Shown here piece by piece: positions 1 through 11,684 of a stretch of DNA of 64,000 bases (the stretch's first letter is position 1; every line of letters begins with the position of its first letter). Where the stretch lies: NCBI GenBank assembly GCA_038087875.1, contig CM075990.1, positions 4,280,001 through 4,344,000 of the forward strand. The letters run 5' to 3'. A model generated the notes under the pieces. The model was not told the origin of the DNA and searched no databases. It saw only the letters and a program-made list of their open reading frames with translations. The position numbers were made by a program, and so were the translations under genes. This stretch comes from Malacoraja senta. Its lineage: Eukaryota.

Positions 1-430
1 CTCAGTCTTAAATGACCTCCCCTTTATTCTAAGACTGTGGCCCCTGGTTCTGGACTCGCCCAACATTGGGAACATTTTTCCTGCCTCTAGCTTGTCCAGT
101 CCTTTTATAATTTTATATGTTTCTATAAGATACCCTCATCCTTCGAAACTCCAGTGAATACAAGCCGAGTCTTTTCAATCTTTCCTCATATGACAGTCCC
201 GCCATCCCAGGGATCAATCCCGTGAACCTACGCTGCACTGCCTCAATCTCAAGGATGTCCTTCCTCAAATTAGGAGACCAAAACAGTACACAATACTCCA
301 GATGTGGTCTCACCAGAGCCCTATACAATTGCAGAAGAACCTCTCTACTCCTATACTGAAATCCTCTTGTTATGAAGGCCAACATTCCATTAGCTTTCTT
401 CACTGCCTGCTGTACCTGTAAGCCAACTTT
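1..430 (-). mobile_element. CR1-type LINE ORF2 3' fragment
   Basis: KKANGMLAFITRGFQYRSREVLLQLYRALVRPHLEYCVLFWSP...LGLYSLEFRRMR. Confidence 0.9.
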
Positions 431-883
431 CAGTGACTGGTGCAGGAGGGGATGAAGAGGGAAACTTGGTCGTTCAATATTTTCTCAGGGATGATGCGTG
501 AGATTGCGGGGGTCGGTGGGAGGGGGGGGTTTGTCGTGTGACCTGTGTGGAATGTGACGTGTTGGTTCTGCATGCGGGGGCATGGTGTCAGGTGTACTTG
601 GCTGTAATGGCGGGCGCTGCATTGCATGCTGGGAAATTCGGCATGGTTGTCGGCGCTGGTGCCGTGAGCAGTGCATGCTGCAGCAGCGGGCCGCGCAGCC
701 CTGGAGCCGCACACGGGCGGAAACAAGGTGGGAAAGAGGCCGAGCGTCCGTTAAAATCCAAACGCACGTCTCCCGCGAACGGAAAAGCAGGAATATTTCC
801 CTCTCGCCAGTGCCAGCAGAGGGAAGGGTGGAGGCCAGGAACACCGGGCCTCCACAGTAACATCAGGCGGCTTACAGCAGCTA

Positions 884-1180
884 GTTTAGTTTAGAGATAC
901 AGCACCGAAACAGGCCCTTCGGCCCACCGATTCCACGCCAACCAGTGCTCACCTCCTACACTAGCATCACGCTACACACACTAGGGACAGTTTACAATTA
1001 ACCTACAAACCTGTACGTCTTTGGAGTGTGGGAAGAAACTGGAGATCCCAGAGAAAACCCACGCAGGTCACGGGGAGAACTTACAAACTCCGTACAGACA
1101 GCACCCGTAGTCAGGATCGAACCCGGGTCTCTGGCGCTGTAAGTGTTGTAAGGCAGCAACTCTACCGCTGCGCCACCATG
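884..1180 (-). mobile_element. tRNA-derived V-SINE/HE1-like SINE; further copies at ~1545-1835(-), 3018-3315(-), 13550-13850(-), 19068-19335(-), 32880-33130(-), 33830-34120(-), 43787-44078(-), 59995-60222(-), 62600-63328(-)
   Basis: tRNA-like head (ggtggcgcagcggtag...ggttcgatcc), V-domain (gttctccccgtgacc...ggtttcctcccac), CR1-like tail ending (ctaaa)n. Confidence 0.85.
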
Positions 1181-1284
1181 CCAGCCTAAGGCTTGTGCAG
1201 CTACTGCCCTTCTGCCACTAACCCCTGAGCTTTCCCCCCGTACCGGCCACCCTTCACCCTCTGTTCCTCTCTCCCCGTGGACAG

Positions 1285-1488
1285 TAGCAACTATGTGGAG
1301 CGCTTCAACCCCAATGTGCTGAAGGATTCGGTGATGTCCACACACAAGCCCATCGAAGTGAAGGGCCCGGGGGGGAAGGCCACCATCATCCACGCCCAGT
1401 ACAACACTCCCATCAGCATGTACTCCCAAGATGCCATCATGGACGCCATCGCAGGCCAGGCCCACGCCAGGGGCAGCGACCTCTCCAG
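1285..1488 (+). CDS. LDB3: LDB3 exon with skeletal-type ZM motif (equivalent to human exon 6), 204 bp, phase 2/2
   Basis: ctctccccgtggacag|TAGCAAC...CTCTCCAG|gtaggc; translates SNYVERFNPNVLKDSVMSTHKPIEVKGPGGKATIIHAQYNTPISMYSQDAIMDAIAGQAHARGSDLS. Confidence 0.95.
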
Positions 1489-2084
1489 GTAGGCCCGCGA
1501 CTCCCCGAGTGCATGCAGGGGGAACATGCAACAACAATGGAAAGATGCAGCTCGGAAACAGGCCCCTCGGCCCCCCTGAGTCCACGCCCCGATCACGCAC
1601 CATCTCCATGTTTTCCCACTTTCCCATCCACTCCCTGCGCACCAGGGACACGTTCACCTGCAAACCCGCACGTCTTTGGGATGTGGGAGGAAACCGGAGC
1701 GCCCGGAGGAAACCCACGCGGTCACACGGGGGGAACGTGCAAACTCCACACACAGGCAGTACCCGAGGTCGGGATGGAACCCGGGTCTCTGGCGGTGTGA
1801 GGCAGCGGCTCTACCAGCTGCACCACCGTGCCGCCCACACTGGAGTTGTTTTACGTCTCTGATATAAAAAATCAAGCAGATTTAATGTGTTCATTTGAAG
1901 ATCCAGTAACAATATGATTTAATGAAAGATGCTAAATCAACGGTGGACTTCTGGCCTATTAAATCAGTCCGACATGAAACTTCACCTATCCATGCTCCCC
2001 AGAGATGCTCTTGACCCACTGAGTTACTCCAGCACTCAGTGTCTTTTCTTCAGTAAAGCAGCATCTGCAGTTCCTTGTGTCCAT

Positions 2085-2433
2085 GAGTGTGTATGTGTGT
2101 GGTGTGTGCGTCTGTGTGTGTGTGCGTCTGTGTGTGTGTGTACGTCTGTGTGTGTGTGTGTGCGTCTGCGTGGGTGTATGTGTGCGTCTGCGTATGTGTC
2201 TGTGTGTGTGTGTGCGTCTGTGTGTGTGCGCGTCTGTGTGTCTGTATGCGTCTGTGTGTGCGTCTGTGTGTGTGTGTGCGTATGTGTCTGTGTGTGTGTG
2301 TGTGCGTCTGTGTGTGTGTGCGTCTGTGTGTCTGTATGCGTATGTGTATGTCTGTGAATGTGTGCGTATGTGTCTGTGTGTATGTCTGTGTGTGTGTGTG
2401 CGTATGTGTCTGTGTGTGTGTGTGTGTGTGTGT
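2085..2433. repeat. (GT)n-rich compound microsatellite
   Basis: Direct reading. Confidence 0.95.
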
Positions 2434-3429
2434 TGGGGCACTGGTAGTCCTTGCACACTGGAACCAGCTCTCGCCCCCCCCCCCTCCCCCCACGTCACGC
2501 TCCCCCACTCCAGAGCTTCCAGTCCCACAAGGGAACTTGACGTGTTGGGGTTTTGACGGGAAAGAGATTCTCACTGAGAAACTCCACGCATCGCTTAAAC
2601 GGAAGGCGAGATTTTGCTGCTCGCCTCCGTTCCTTGCCAAGACCCCGGTCACCACATAGTGCCTGTAACCCAGCGCGCTGAGTAGGGGATTTTCGAGGCC
2701 ACCAAGGCACGACTCATGGGTTTTCAAGTGTCACATTCAGCCTCTATGCGGGGGAAGGTCTGGAAAGGCTTGCACCTTCCTGTGGAGATCTGAGACTCAT
2801 ACCCACTCCTGGCCTCCCAGCCCCACACTGCTGCACCAGAGAGGCCTGCAGTTCACAGCCTCTGGCAGTGTGAGCTCTGGGCCTATGTGTTGAACGGGTT
2901 AACGGAGTGATCTTGCTGCTGCCATCTTCCCTTTGGTCTGTTTCTGGAGCAAGGAAGACCAGGTGTGCTCCCCGCCGGCAGGTATAAGGGCCGAGAAACA
3001 CCGGCACCTTCGCTTTTCTTAGTTTAGAGATACAGCGTGGAAACAGGCCCTTCCGCCCACCGAGACAGCGACCCCCGTACACAAGCGCAATCCTACACAC
3101 ACTCGGAACAATTTACAATTTTACCAAAGCCAATTAACCTACGAACCTGCACGTCATTGGAGTGTGGGAGAAAAACCGGAGCACCCGGAGAAAACCCACG
3201 CGGGTCACGGGGAGAATGTACAAACGCAATACAGACAAGCACCCGTAGTCACGATCGAACCCGGGTCTCTGGCGCTGTAAGGCTGCAACTCTACCGCTGT
3301 GCCACCGTGTCGCCCCCATCTCTGGTCCTGTACCTGAGACCCATCGGTGTGGTGTTAAACACTGGAGCACAACAGAGAGAGCTGACCCGCAACCTCGAGA
3401 ACTGACCCAACAATGCACCATGCCACTAA

Positions 3430-3647
3430 AGGGCCCGTCCCACTTTCACCACCTCATTCACCACCTTTTTCACTCGTGGACATTTTTCATCATGTTGAAA
3501 AAAACGCCCCGACCTACTTGATGCCACGAGTACCTACGACTAGCATCACGACCTTCCTACGACCTCGTGGCGGCCATGCTGCGAGTATGAGTCAAGGGCA
3601 AACTCGGCAGAGGTCGTGAATTAGGTCGTGAAAGTGGGACCGGCCCT
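3430..3647. mobile_element. PIF/Harbinger-type MITE
   Basis: TIR AGGGCCCGTCCCACTTTCAC / GTGAAAGTGGGACCGGCCCT; TAA on both flanks. Confidence 0.75.
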
Positions 3648-4196
3648 TAAGGCACAGTACAGAATATAATCCCCACTCGTTGTCACAAGTTGAGACAACC
3701 CCACCCAGGATTGAAGTTTGGTCGGTGTGTAACAGATATTTATAAGGGTGGGAAAATAATGGTGTCAGATTGTTCAAAGGTTTGTAGACTCGGGTGGTTG
3801 TGAACCGGCCCACTGAACACCATGGTGGCAGCTTATGGGGGGGAGGGAGGGAGGGGGGGGGGGGGAATGCACCTCATAACCTTGTGATGGTCCTGTGGGT
3901 GGCTCACCAGAACTTCAGCCAGCGTGGACCATCCGATATCTTCTGTAGATCTGGGGAATAGTGTTGCAACTCAACTCTTTATGTTTCTAACGGTATGTTG
4001 CTTCTCTTTCTTCACCCCCTCCTTCTCCAACCTCAACCCACTCACACACACCCTTCCCCAACCCCCCCCCCCCACACCCAATCCCCATCACTAACACACA
4101 ACTCTCATTGTCACGTTGTGTCTGCTGGTCTATCAAACCAACCCACCCTGTGGTCAATGCCTTGTCCGGTGTTTGGTCATGTGACCCCCCCCACAG

Positions 4197-4217
4197 TGGT
4201 CCCGAACTTCCGTTTGC
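4197..4217 (+). CDS. LDB3: Candidate LDB3 21-nt microexon (S)GPELPF(A), phase 2/2
   Basis: cccccccacag|TGGTCCCGAACTTCCGTTTGC|gtaagt. Consensus donor, ~230-nt AG-free upstream region containing ACTAAC, frame-preserving. Confidence 0.65.
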
Positions 4218-4398
4218 GTAAGTAGGCCCATTTTTCACGAGTGTTTTATTGTCAATATATCCCGATAGGACAATGATACCTTGCATAACCAGACTGCCAT
4301 TCCTTAACCAACTAAACTCAGACGGGCAAGAAACACTATTTCAAATCGCCAAGGTGGGAGACTCCCCCTTCTTGGTTCCCGGCTGTTGATGTTGAAAT

Positions 4399-4420
4399 CA
4401 AAGATCCTATAGGATCTTTG
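4399..4420. mobile_element. 22-bp collapsed hAT MITE (TIR-only palindrome)
   Basis: GTTGAAAT-CAAAGATCCTATAGGATCTTTG-GTTGAAAT. Confidence 0.85.
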
Positions 4421-4734
4421 GTTGAAATTGTGTGGTGACATCCTTCTCTTGTTTGGTTTCCTGTCCTTCAGCGAGGAGTTCGCAGCAGGTTCTGTCATCA
4501 CCACCAGGGGGCAGACGTTTATGATGAGGGTCTTTGTCTTTTGTTCTTTGTCATTGGTGCAAAGGATGGATAGAATTTGGAGCGTGTTTCCTGGATGGTG
4601 GAACCACATACTCCGACAACATTGAAGAAAGAACTAGGCGAGCACTAGAATTTTAAAAAAGGCGCAGAGAGCCATGGACTAGGTGCCGGTAACTGGGATA
4701 GGCAAATTCCGAGGGGACATTTTGTAAGGCTGTG

Positions 4735-5100
4735 ACTCTATTCCTTGGAGCGCAGGAGGATGAGGGGTGATCTTATAGAGGTGTAAGTGTATACAATCAT
4801 GAGAGGAATAGATCGGGTAGATGTACAGAGTCTCTTGCCCAGAGCAGGGGAATCGAGGACCAGAGGACGTAGGTTCAAGGTGAAGGGGAGACGAATTACT
4901 AGGAATCTGAGGGGTAACTTTTTCATACAAACAGTATGGAACGAGCTGCCGGAGGAGATAGTTGAGGCTGGGACTATCCCAACGTATAAGAAACAGTTAG
5001 ACAGGTACATGGATAGGACAGGTTTGGAGGGATATGGGCCAAATGCACGCAGGTGGGACTAGTGTGGCTAGGACATGTTGGTTGGCGCGGGCAAGTTAGG
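4735..5100 (+). mobile_element. CR1 LINE 3' fragment
   Basis: IMRGIDRVDVQSLLPRAGESRTRGRRFKVKG...VWNELPEEIVEAGT. Confidence 0.85.
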
Positions 5101-7052
5101 CCAAAGCTTTACTGCTGCACCAACCTTCTTAGTATCACCTTGATGATGTTTGGTTGGGGTTGGGGAAGGTGTAAGAGGCGGGGACATTACAGAGCTAGCC
5201 ACCGGTCAGTAATTAGACCGTGTGGGACCACTAGATGCCTTGGCCAGCCACATATATCTGGTTCCCAAGAGGGTGAAAGGTGGGCAATCTACCAGCCATA
5301 ATCCAAGTGTCAGAACGGCTTCCTTTCACATCAAAGCAGATCTGACTTAAAAGCATTGAAACCTTGAACATCGATAACAAATACAACTTAATGTGGAAGA
5401 ATACAAAATAGAACATAGAACAGTACAGCACACGAAGGGGCCCTTTGGCCCACAATGTTTGTGCCAAACATGATGCTTCGTTAAACTGATCCTCTCTGCC
5501 CGTACATGATCCATATCCCTCCATTCCCCTCATGTCCATGTACCTACCTAACAGCATCTTAAACGCCATTCTCGTATCTGGCCCCACCACCACCTCTGGC
5601 AATGCATTCCAGGCCCCCCAGTCTAGGACTAGAGGCCAAAGCCTCAGAATTAAAGGACGTTCCATTAGGAAGGAGATGAAGAGGAATTTCTTTAGTCAGA
5701 GGCTGGTGAATCTGGGGAATTATTTTCCACAGAAGGCTGTGGAGGCCTAGTCGGTGGATATTTCTAAGGCAGAGATGGATAGATTCTTGATTAGTATGGG
5801 TGTCAGAGGTTATGGGAAGAAGGCAGGAGAATGGGGCTAGGATGAAGAGGTAGATCAGCCATGACTTGATGGGCTGAATGGCCTAATTCTAACCCTATCA
5901 CTTATGACCTTATGACCCTCTGTGTTTAAAAAAAACTTGCCCACACATCTCCATTATATGTTCCCCTTAGTCTCACCTTACAGCTCCCCCCCCTCCCCCC
6001 TCCAGAGTTGGACATTCCCGCCCATGGGGAGAAAGGCTCTGACTGTCTACCCTATCTGTGCCTCTCATGATTGTACATCTGGGTAGCGTTGAGTAGAAAG
6101 GCGGGCTTATCAATCCGTTCACCATTGCAGTCGGTAAAACAGACCAAAGGGCGCAGTTGTTGGAGGCTGGAATGGAAGTCAAGAAACCAGGGATTATGTG
6201 TAGAAGGATTTTGATCACTAAGAACGATCTGTTGGGTTATTCCTTGCACACGTACCACTGGGAAACACCGTATCAGAGAGAACAGGCGGGCTTTGATCTC
6301 AGGGCTTTAATTGTAAGGAAATGTTGGGGAAACAAGTTTTTATTCAAAAATATATATGAAGGAATGCTAGTTGATTCTTGATTAGCACGGGTGCCAGGGG
6401 TTACGGGGCGAAGGCCGGAGAATGGGGTTGAGAGGGAAAGATAGATCAACTTTGATTGAATGGTAGAGTCGATTTGATGGGCCGAATGGCCTAATTCTGC
6501 TCCTTGAACTGATGATCTCGGCATGTTAATCCCACCGGCGGTGAATTCAAAATTGGGAAACCTGGGAGAGGAGGTTTCTTTGGCACAACTACCCGATGGC
6601 GAGACGGTACCAAGGAAGCAAAGGGTGCAAATACTCTGTGTGAGTGTGTCTTTGTGTGGATGTAGTCAGTAGATGGATTCAGATGCACCACGATCTGGTG
6701 GGTCGGTCAAGTCCTTCCCTGTTGTTAAGATGATCGACGTTTCAAATGCGGTTCTGAAAATTCGGGTGGCCATGGTCCTTATGTACCCAGTCAATGAATT
6801 TGTGCTTTGTTGGAAATCAGAGTGGACTTGAAATGTTGATGCCTGCCCCTCAACCTCTCCATCCACAGTGCTGCATGTAATGTTGGGTTGAGTGTGAAAA
6901 ATGTACTCGCATCAAAACCATTTGACACTGGGTGTTCAAGGTTTACACTTGCACCTATACTAGCAAATCCTGACTGTAATTCGTTTTTTCGTTTTGTTTG
7001 CTAACCCGAGCTAACCACCGTGGTCGTGTTTTTTATTTGCGTCCTGGTTTAG

Positions 7053-7070
7053 ACTCGAGCTGAGAGAAAA
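7053..7070 (+). CDS. Candidate LDB3 18-nt microexon (LELRE), phase 2/2
   Basis: gtcctggtttag|ACTCGAGCTGAGAGAAAA|gtaaca. Two CTAAC motifs and a U-rich tract upstream; frame-preserving; weak donor. Confidence 0.35.
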
Positions 7071-7083
7071 GTAACATTTGTAT

Positions 7084-7297
7084 TCGAAGGTAGACAAGAT
7101 TGCTGGAGAAACTCAGCGGGTGCGGCAGCATCTATGGAGCGAAGGAAATAGGCAACGTTTCGGGACGAAACGTTGCCTATTTCCTTCGCTCCATAGATAC
7201 AATGATGATACAATGATACAAGGATGCTGCTGCACCCGCTGAGTTTCTCCAGCGATCTTGCCTACCTTCGATTCTCCAGCATCTGCAGTTCCTTCTT
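7084..7297. repeat. Fold-back (palindromic) Penelope-pLTR-derived element
   Basis: Long inverted arms around cgtttcgggacgaaacg; flanking direct repeat TAACATTTGTATTC. Confidence 0.75.
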
Positions 7298-8511
7298 TAA
7301 CATTTGTATTCATTGCGATTGATCCTGAACCTCTGGAATGTCTCGGGGAGAAGGGCGAAGCTTGTTTTCCGTTTTTTGGAGTGTTTTGCGCAAAGACCTT
7401 ACGATCATGTATCTCAAGGGGACACGCGTACCCTTACTCCGAAACCAACCCTCAGCTAACAAAGGGCAGGAAATTTGCGATCGGGATTATTCTTCTATAC
7501 AAAGAACAAGTTTACTTGTTGTCAAGTAAGTAAGTAAGTACGTTTATTGGCCAAGTATTCACATACAAGGAATTTGCCTTGGTGCTCCGCCCACAAGAAA
7601 CAACATAACATACAGTGACAGTTAACGAATGACTCAGAAAACACTAAACATTAATAATAATAAAACATTAATGATGAAACAAGCACGTGAACCAACAAAA
7701 TACCAGATCAAAGGGAGGCTACAGATTTTTGGCTGTTGAGTAGAGCAACTACTCGTGGTTAGAAACTGTCTTTATGTCTGGCTGTGGCAGCTTTGACAAT
7801 CCGGAGTCGCCTTCCAGAGTCGCCAAGTAGCGACTACGGTCACAGACCTCAGTTGCTCATCGTGCGACAAGATGGTGCAGCGATCAGTATGATATGGAGA
7901 GGGGAGGAGGTGGCGTAGAGGCGGTGAAATATAGCCAGGGAACAAAGGCTGAAGTACCTGGTTGTAAATGTATGTGGTTCTCAATGGACTCCATCTATGT
8001 CCTTTCCAAGTGACTCTTGCAACTGTACTCCAATTAGTGAGAACCCATTAATGTTTCAGCTCAAAGGCTATTCAAGTTATCAACCTGAAGGGTTGGATTG
8101 TGTAGGGAGACTCCAGTCTCCTGCTCCCCCGACTCTCAGCCTGTAGAAGGGTCTCGACCCGAAACGCTACCCTTTCCTTGTCTCCAGAGATGCAGCCTGG
8201 CCTGCTGAGTTACTCCAGCATTTTGTGTCTAATTATCGAACCTGATGTGTTAACCATTTCATTCTCCATAGAAGCTGCCTGACCTGCTGAATATTTCCTG
8301 CATTTTCTGCTTTAATTGAAGGTTAGACGTACCGAGTAACGGCCACTCTGTCTGTGCCTTGTGCGTGTTTTGGAATGACAGGGGGGGGGGGGGTGGGGGT
8401 CATTGCTCCCACCCTACAGTGGCTGGCACAGATTGTGGAGCAAGGCATTTGCTGGATGTCTCTTACAAAGTAAAACCAGCAGGCTCTGCTCATTTGTATC
8501 AGACATGGTTC

Positions 8512-8845
8512 TCTCCCTCTCTCACACGCACACTCACTCACTCACTCACTCACTCACTCACTCACTCACTCATACTCTCTCTCTCTCTCTCTCTCCCCCC
8601 TCCCTGCCCCCTCTCCCTCTCCCTCTCCCCCTCCCCTCTCCCCCTCTCTCCATCTCTTTCTCTCGCTCTCCCCCTTCCCCTCTCCCTCTCCCCCTCTCCT
8701 TCCCCCCCTCCCTCTCCCCATCTCTCTCTCTCCCCTCTCTCTCTCTCTCTCCATCTTTTTGTCAGTTTTTGTCTGTCTCATTCACTCTCTCTCTCTCCCT
8801 CTCCCCCCTCTCTCTCTCTCTCTCCATCTCTGTCAGTTTTTGTCT

Positions 8846-8938
<93 letters not shown>
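8512..8938. repeat. (CACT)n/(CT)n/(CA)n microsatellite block
   Basis: Direct reading. Confidence 0.95.
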
Positions 8939-9449
8939 TAAACGTACATTGATAGCTTATTGATGTGCAGCCTGCTCTTTGCTGTAAATGGCCGTGAGGA
9001 GTTGTGTTCCGTTACCTGCTGCTGGATGATGTGGAAAGTTTGGGTTGACTGGTTGCGGAGGAAGCTTTGGTTTAGTCCGGGATGATGTGGTGGATTTGGT
9101 TTGACGGTGTGTTCATTGGAGCTGCAGTGATCAACAATTGTCCCAGTGGTGGATGGGAACCAGAGTTATCTAGTGGTTTATTAAAATTCATCTGATATTT
9201 GATGTTGATTTGGTGCCGGCAAGATAACGGCTGATTTGGGTCTTTATTATTTGTCTGCTATCTTCAAAGGTCCTGGCTTGTTGAAGATGTAATTCATATT
9301 TCTTGCTATAAGAACTGCAAACAATCCGCTGTGTGAAGTAGTGCATGATCCTCTCATGTAGTTAGTTGCGTCCGACCAATGCCCGCGCAGTTTAATGTCG
9401 TGCTCCAGTCTCCAGTGGTTTGGGGATATTTATTCTGCAAAATAACTCA

Positions 9450-9900
9450 GTTCAGTTCAGTTTATTGTCACGTGTACCGAGGCCCAGTGAAAAGCTTCTG
9501 TTGCGTGCTAACCAGTCAGCGGAAAGACAATACACGATTATAATCGAGCCATTTACAGTGTACAGGTACATGATAAGGGAATAACATTTAGTGCAAAGGC
9601 AAAGGCAGCAAGGTCCGATCAAGGATAGTCCAAGGGTCATCAAAGAGTCATCAGCACCGCTCTCTGGTTGTGGTAGGATGGTTCAGTTGCCTGATAACAG
9701 CTGGGGAAGAAACTGTCTCTGAATCTGGAGGTGTGCGTTTTCACACTTCTGTACCTTTGACCTGATGGGAGAGGGGAGAAGAGGGAGTGACCTGGGGTGC
9801 GCCTCGTCCTTGATTATGTTGTTGGCCTTGCCGAGGCAGCGTGAGGTGTAGATGGAGGCAATGGAAGGGAGATTGGATTGTGTGATGGTCTGGGCTGCAT
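9450..9900 (-). mobile_element. Rex1/Babar-like LINE 3' end (shorter relatives at ~11755, 24110, 25385, 40610, 60250)
   Basis: Minus strand reads HSLFSPLPSGQRYRSVKTHTSRFRDS-like; 3' tail ...gacaataaactgaactgaa. Confidence 0.65.
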
Positions 9901-11484
9901 CATGTTCTCAGCTACAGGTGACCCGGACCTGGTTCTGTCTAGGAGCCTGATTCACAGATGTAGCAATGTGACCCTTTGAGGAGGTGGCTTTATTCCTTGT
10001 GTCGCCTTGTGTTTGGAGACAGTTGCCGCGTGTGGACAGATCCCACCTTATACGTTCGTCCGTACATGCTGGGGGAACCAAGTGATTTTGGATCTAGTGC
10101 TGTTGGACGTTGGGGCAGTAGATCAGCCAGCATCTTATTGACTGGTAGACAAGACTCGAGGAACTCCTCAACGTCTCTTTCCAATGGAATCTCTCAGCCA
10201 TCAACGCAACGGCTGCAGTGGTTACACTTGGAGTGTGGAGTCTGGATGTGGGCGGTGCAGTCCTCTCTCTCTCCCTGGCAATGTCCATGTGCGGGACCAG
10301 AATAACGGGAGAAGGAACCCTGGAGACCTCCCTGCTCTCCCACTCCCTGAGCAAGCTGGAAGACCAAGAGCTTTTGTCCTCCAGGACTACATCCATCTAT
10401 CTGGGGAGCCCAGTGTGTAAGTTGTCGACTGACACCAGGGGCGTAGAGGTGCCTGGGTTTATAAGGATGCCATTGTCAGGTTATCCCATACTCCACAGTG
10501 CATTCTGACCGCCACCTTGCCCCGGTACACATGCTCTTCTCCCATTCCTATCATGTTCCCTTCCCGGTGAACGATCCACGGCCGTATCCCGTCTCATCTT
10601 GTCTCGCCCGGCGAGGAGCCGGGAACCTGCCCTGAGAGGATGACGGAGAGAGACGGCAGCGGACACTGGGCAAACTTGGACGGTGAGAGGAACTTGGGTG
10701 GGGGGGGTCTTACCTTAGGCGCCCTCGAGGTCAGCTGCTGGAGCCCCCCTCCCCCGGGGAACAAGGGCAGGAGAGGGACGATGGTTCATGGGACGATCGG
10801 GATACAGGCGACGGCGGCAACAGTCCTTTGCGGCCGGCTACAGCTGGGACTGGTAACTTGCCCCAACCTGGCAACTCTTGCATATGGACTCAGTGGGCTG
10901 TTGTTACATTCTGTACGAACAAGTGGACTGTCCTTATTAATGGTGATAGTCTTGCTGAGCTGAAGGCACGTGAAAATAAAGAAGCAATTGATTAGCCTCC
11001 AATTCTCCAGACACGTTTGGATGATGATAGGCAAAGTTGTCACCTCACCTTCACGGACCCCTGCCACGATGCTGCCGTGTATTTAGCCCTGGCACAACAG
11101 GTCGTCCCTCCTGCTGCCCGACTGCTCCTGAGGCTGTTCACTGAAGCCACGAGGTTCACTTACAGAACTGAAAGCAACAACTGCTGAGGCAGAAGCGTCA
11201 CACGGCCATACACATGCCGCAGAACCTAAAACTGAATTGAATGATCCCCTTCCTCGACAACGACTTTGGGGAAAGAATTGCAACTCAGGATATTAAAGAA
11301 ACGTGTGATCTTTGTCAGAAGGGAAGGAAGTTTTCAAGGGGGAATTAGATTTAGCTCTTAGGGCTAACAGAATCCACCACCTCCAGTTTAAATTCCATTT
11401 GGAATATTTTGGATGACCAAGAACCAAGATATGGGGGGGGGGGGGGGGAGAAGGCAGGAACGGGGTACTGATTTGGGATGATCA

Positions 11485-11684
11485 NNNNNNNNNNNNNNNN
11501 NNNNNNNNNNNNNNNNNNNNNNNNNNNNNNNNNNNNNNNNNNNNNNNNNNNNNNNNNNNNNNNNNNNNNNNNNNNNNNNNNNNNNNNNNNNNNNNNNNNN
11601 NNNNNNNNNNNNNNNNNNNNNNNNNNNNNNNNNNNNNNNNNNNNNNNNNNNNNNNNNNNNNNNNNNNNNNNNNNNNNNNNNNNN
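11485..11684. other. Assembly gap (200 N)
   Basis: Run of N. Confidence 1.

Noticed and set aside
2514..2556. Acceptor-like site giving ASSPTRELDVLGF-stop (possible terminal exon)
   Set aside because: No good donor, polyA signal or recognisable homology.
1929..2727. Long ORFs rich in VC/TH
   Set aside because: Translations of the (GT)n microsatellite.
8359..8963. Leu/Ser/Pro-rich ORFs (also 14606-15352 and 21932-22456)
   Set aside because: Translations of CT-rich low-complexity tracts.
9940..10900. Possible old LINE or LTR coding remnant (also 20950-21900)
   Set aside because: No motif I could identify with confidence.
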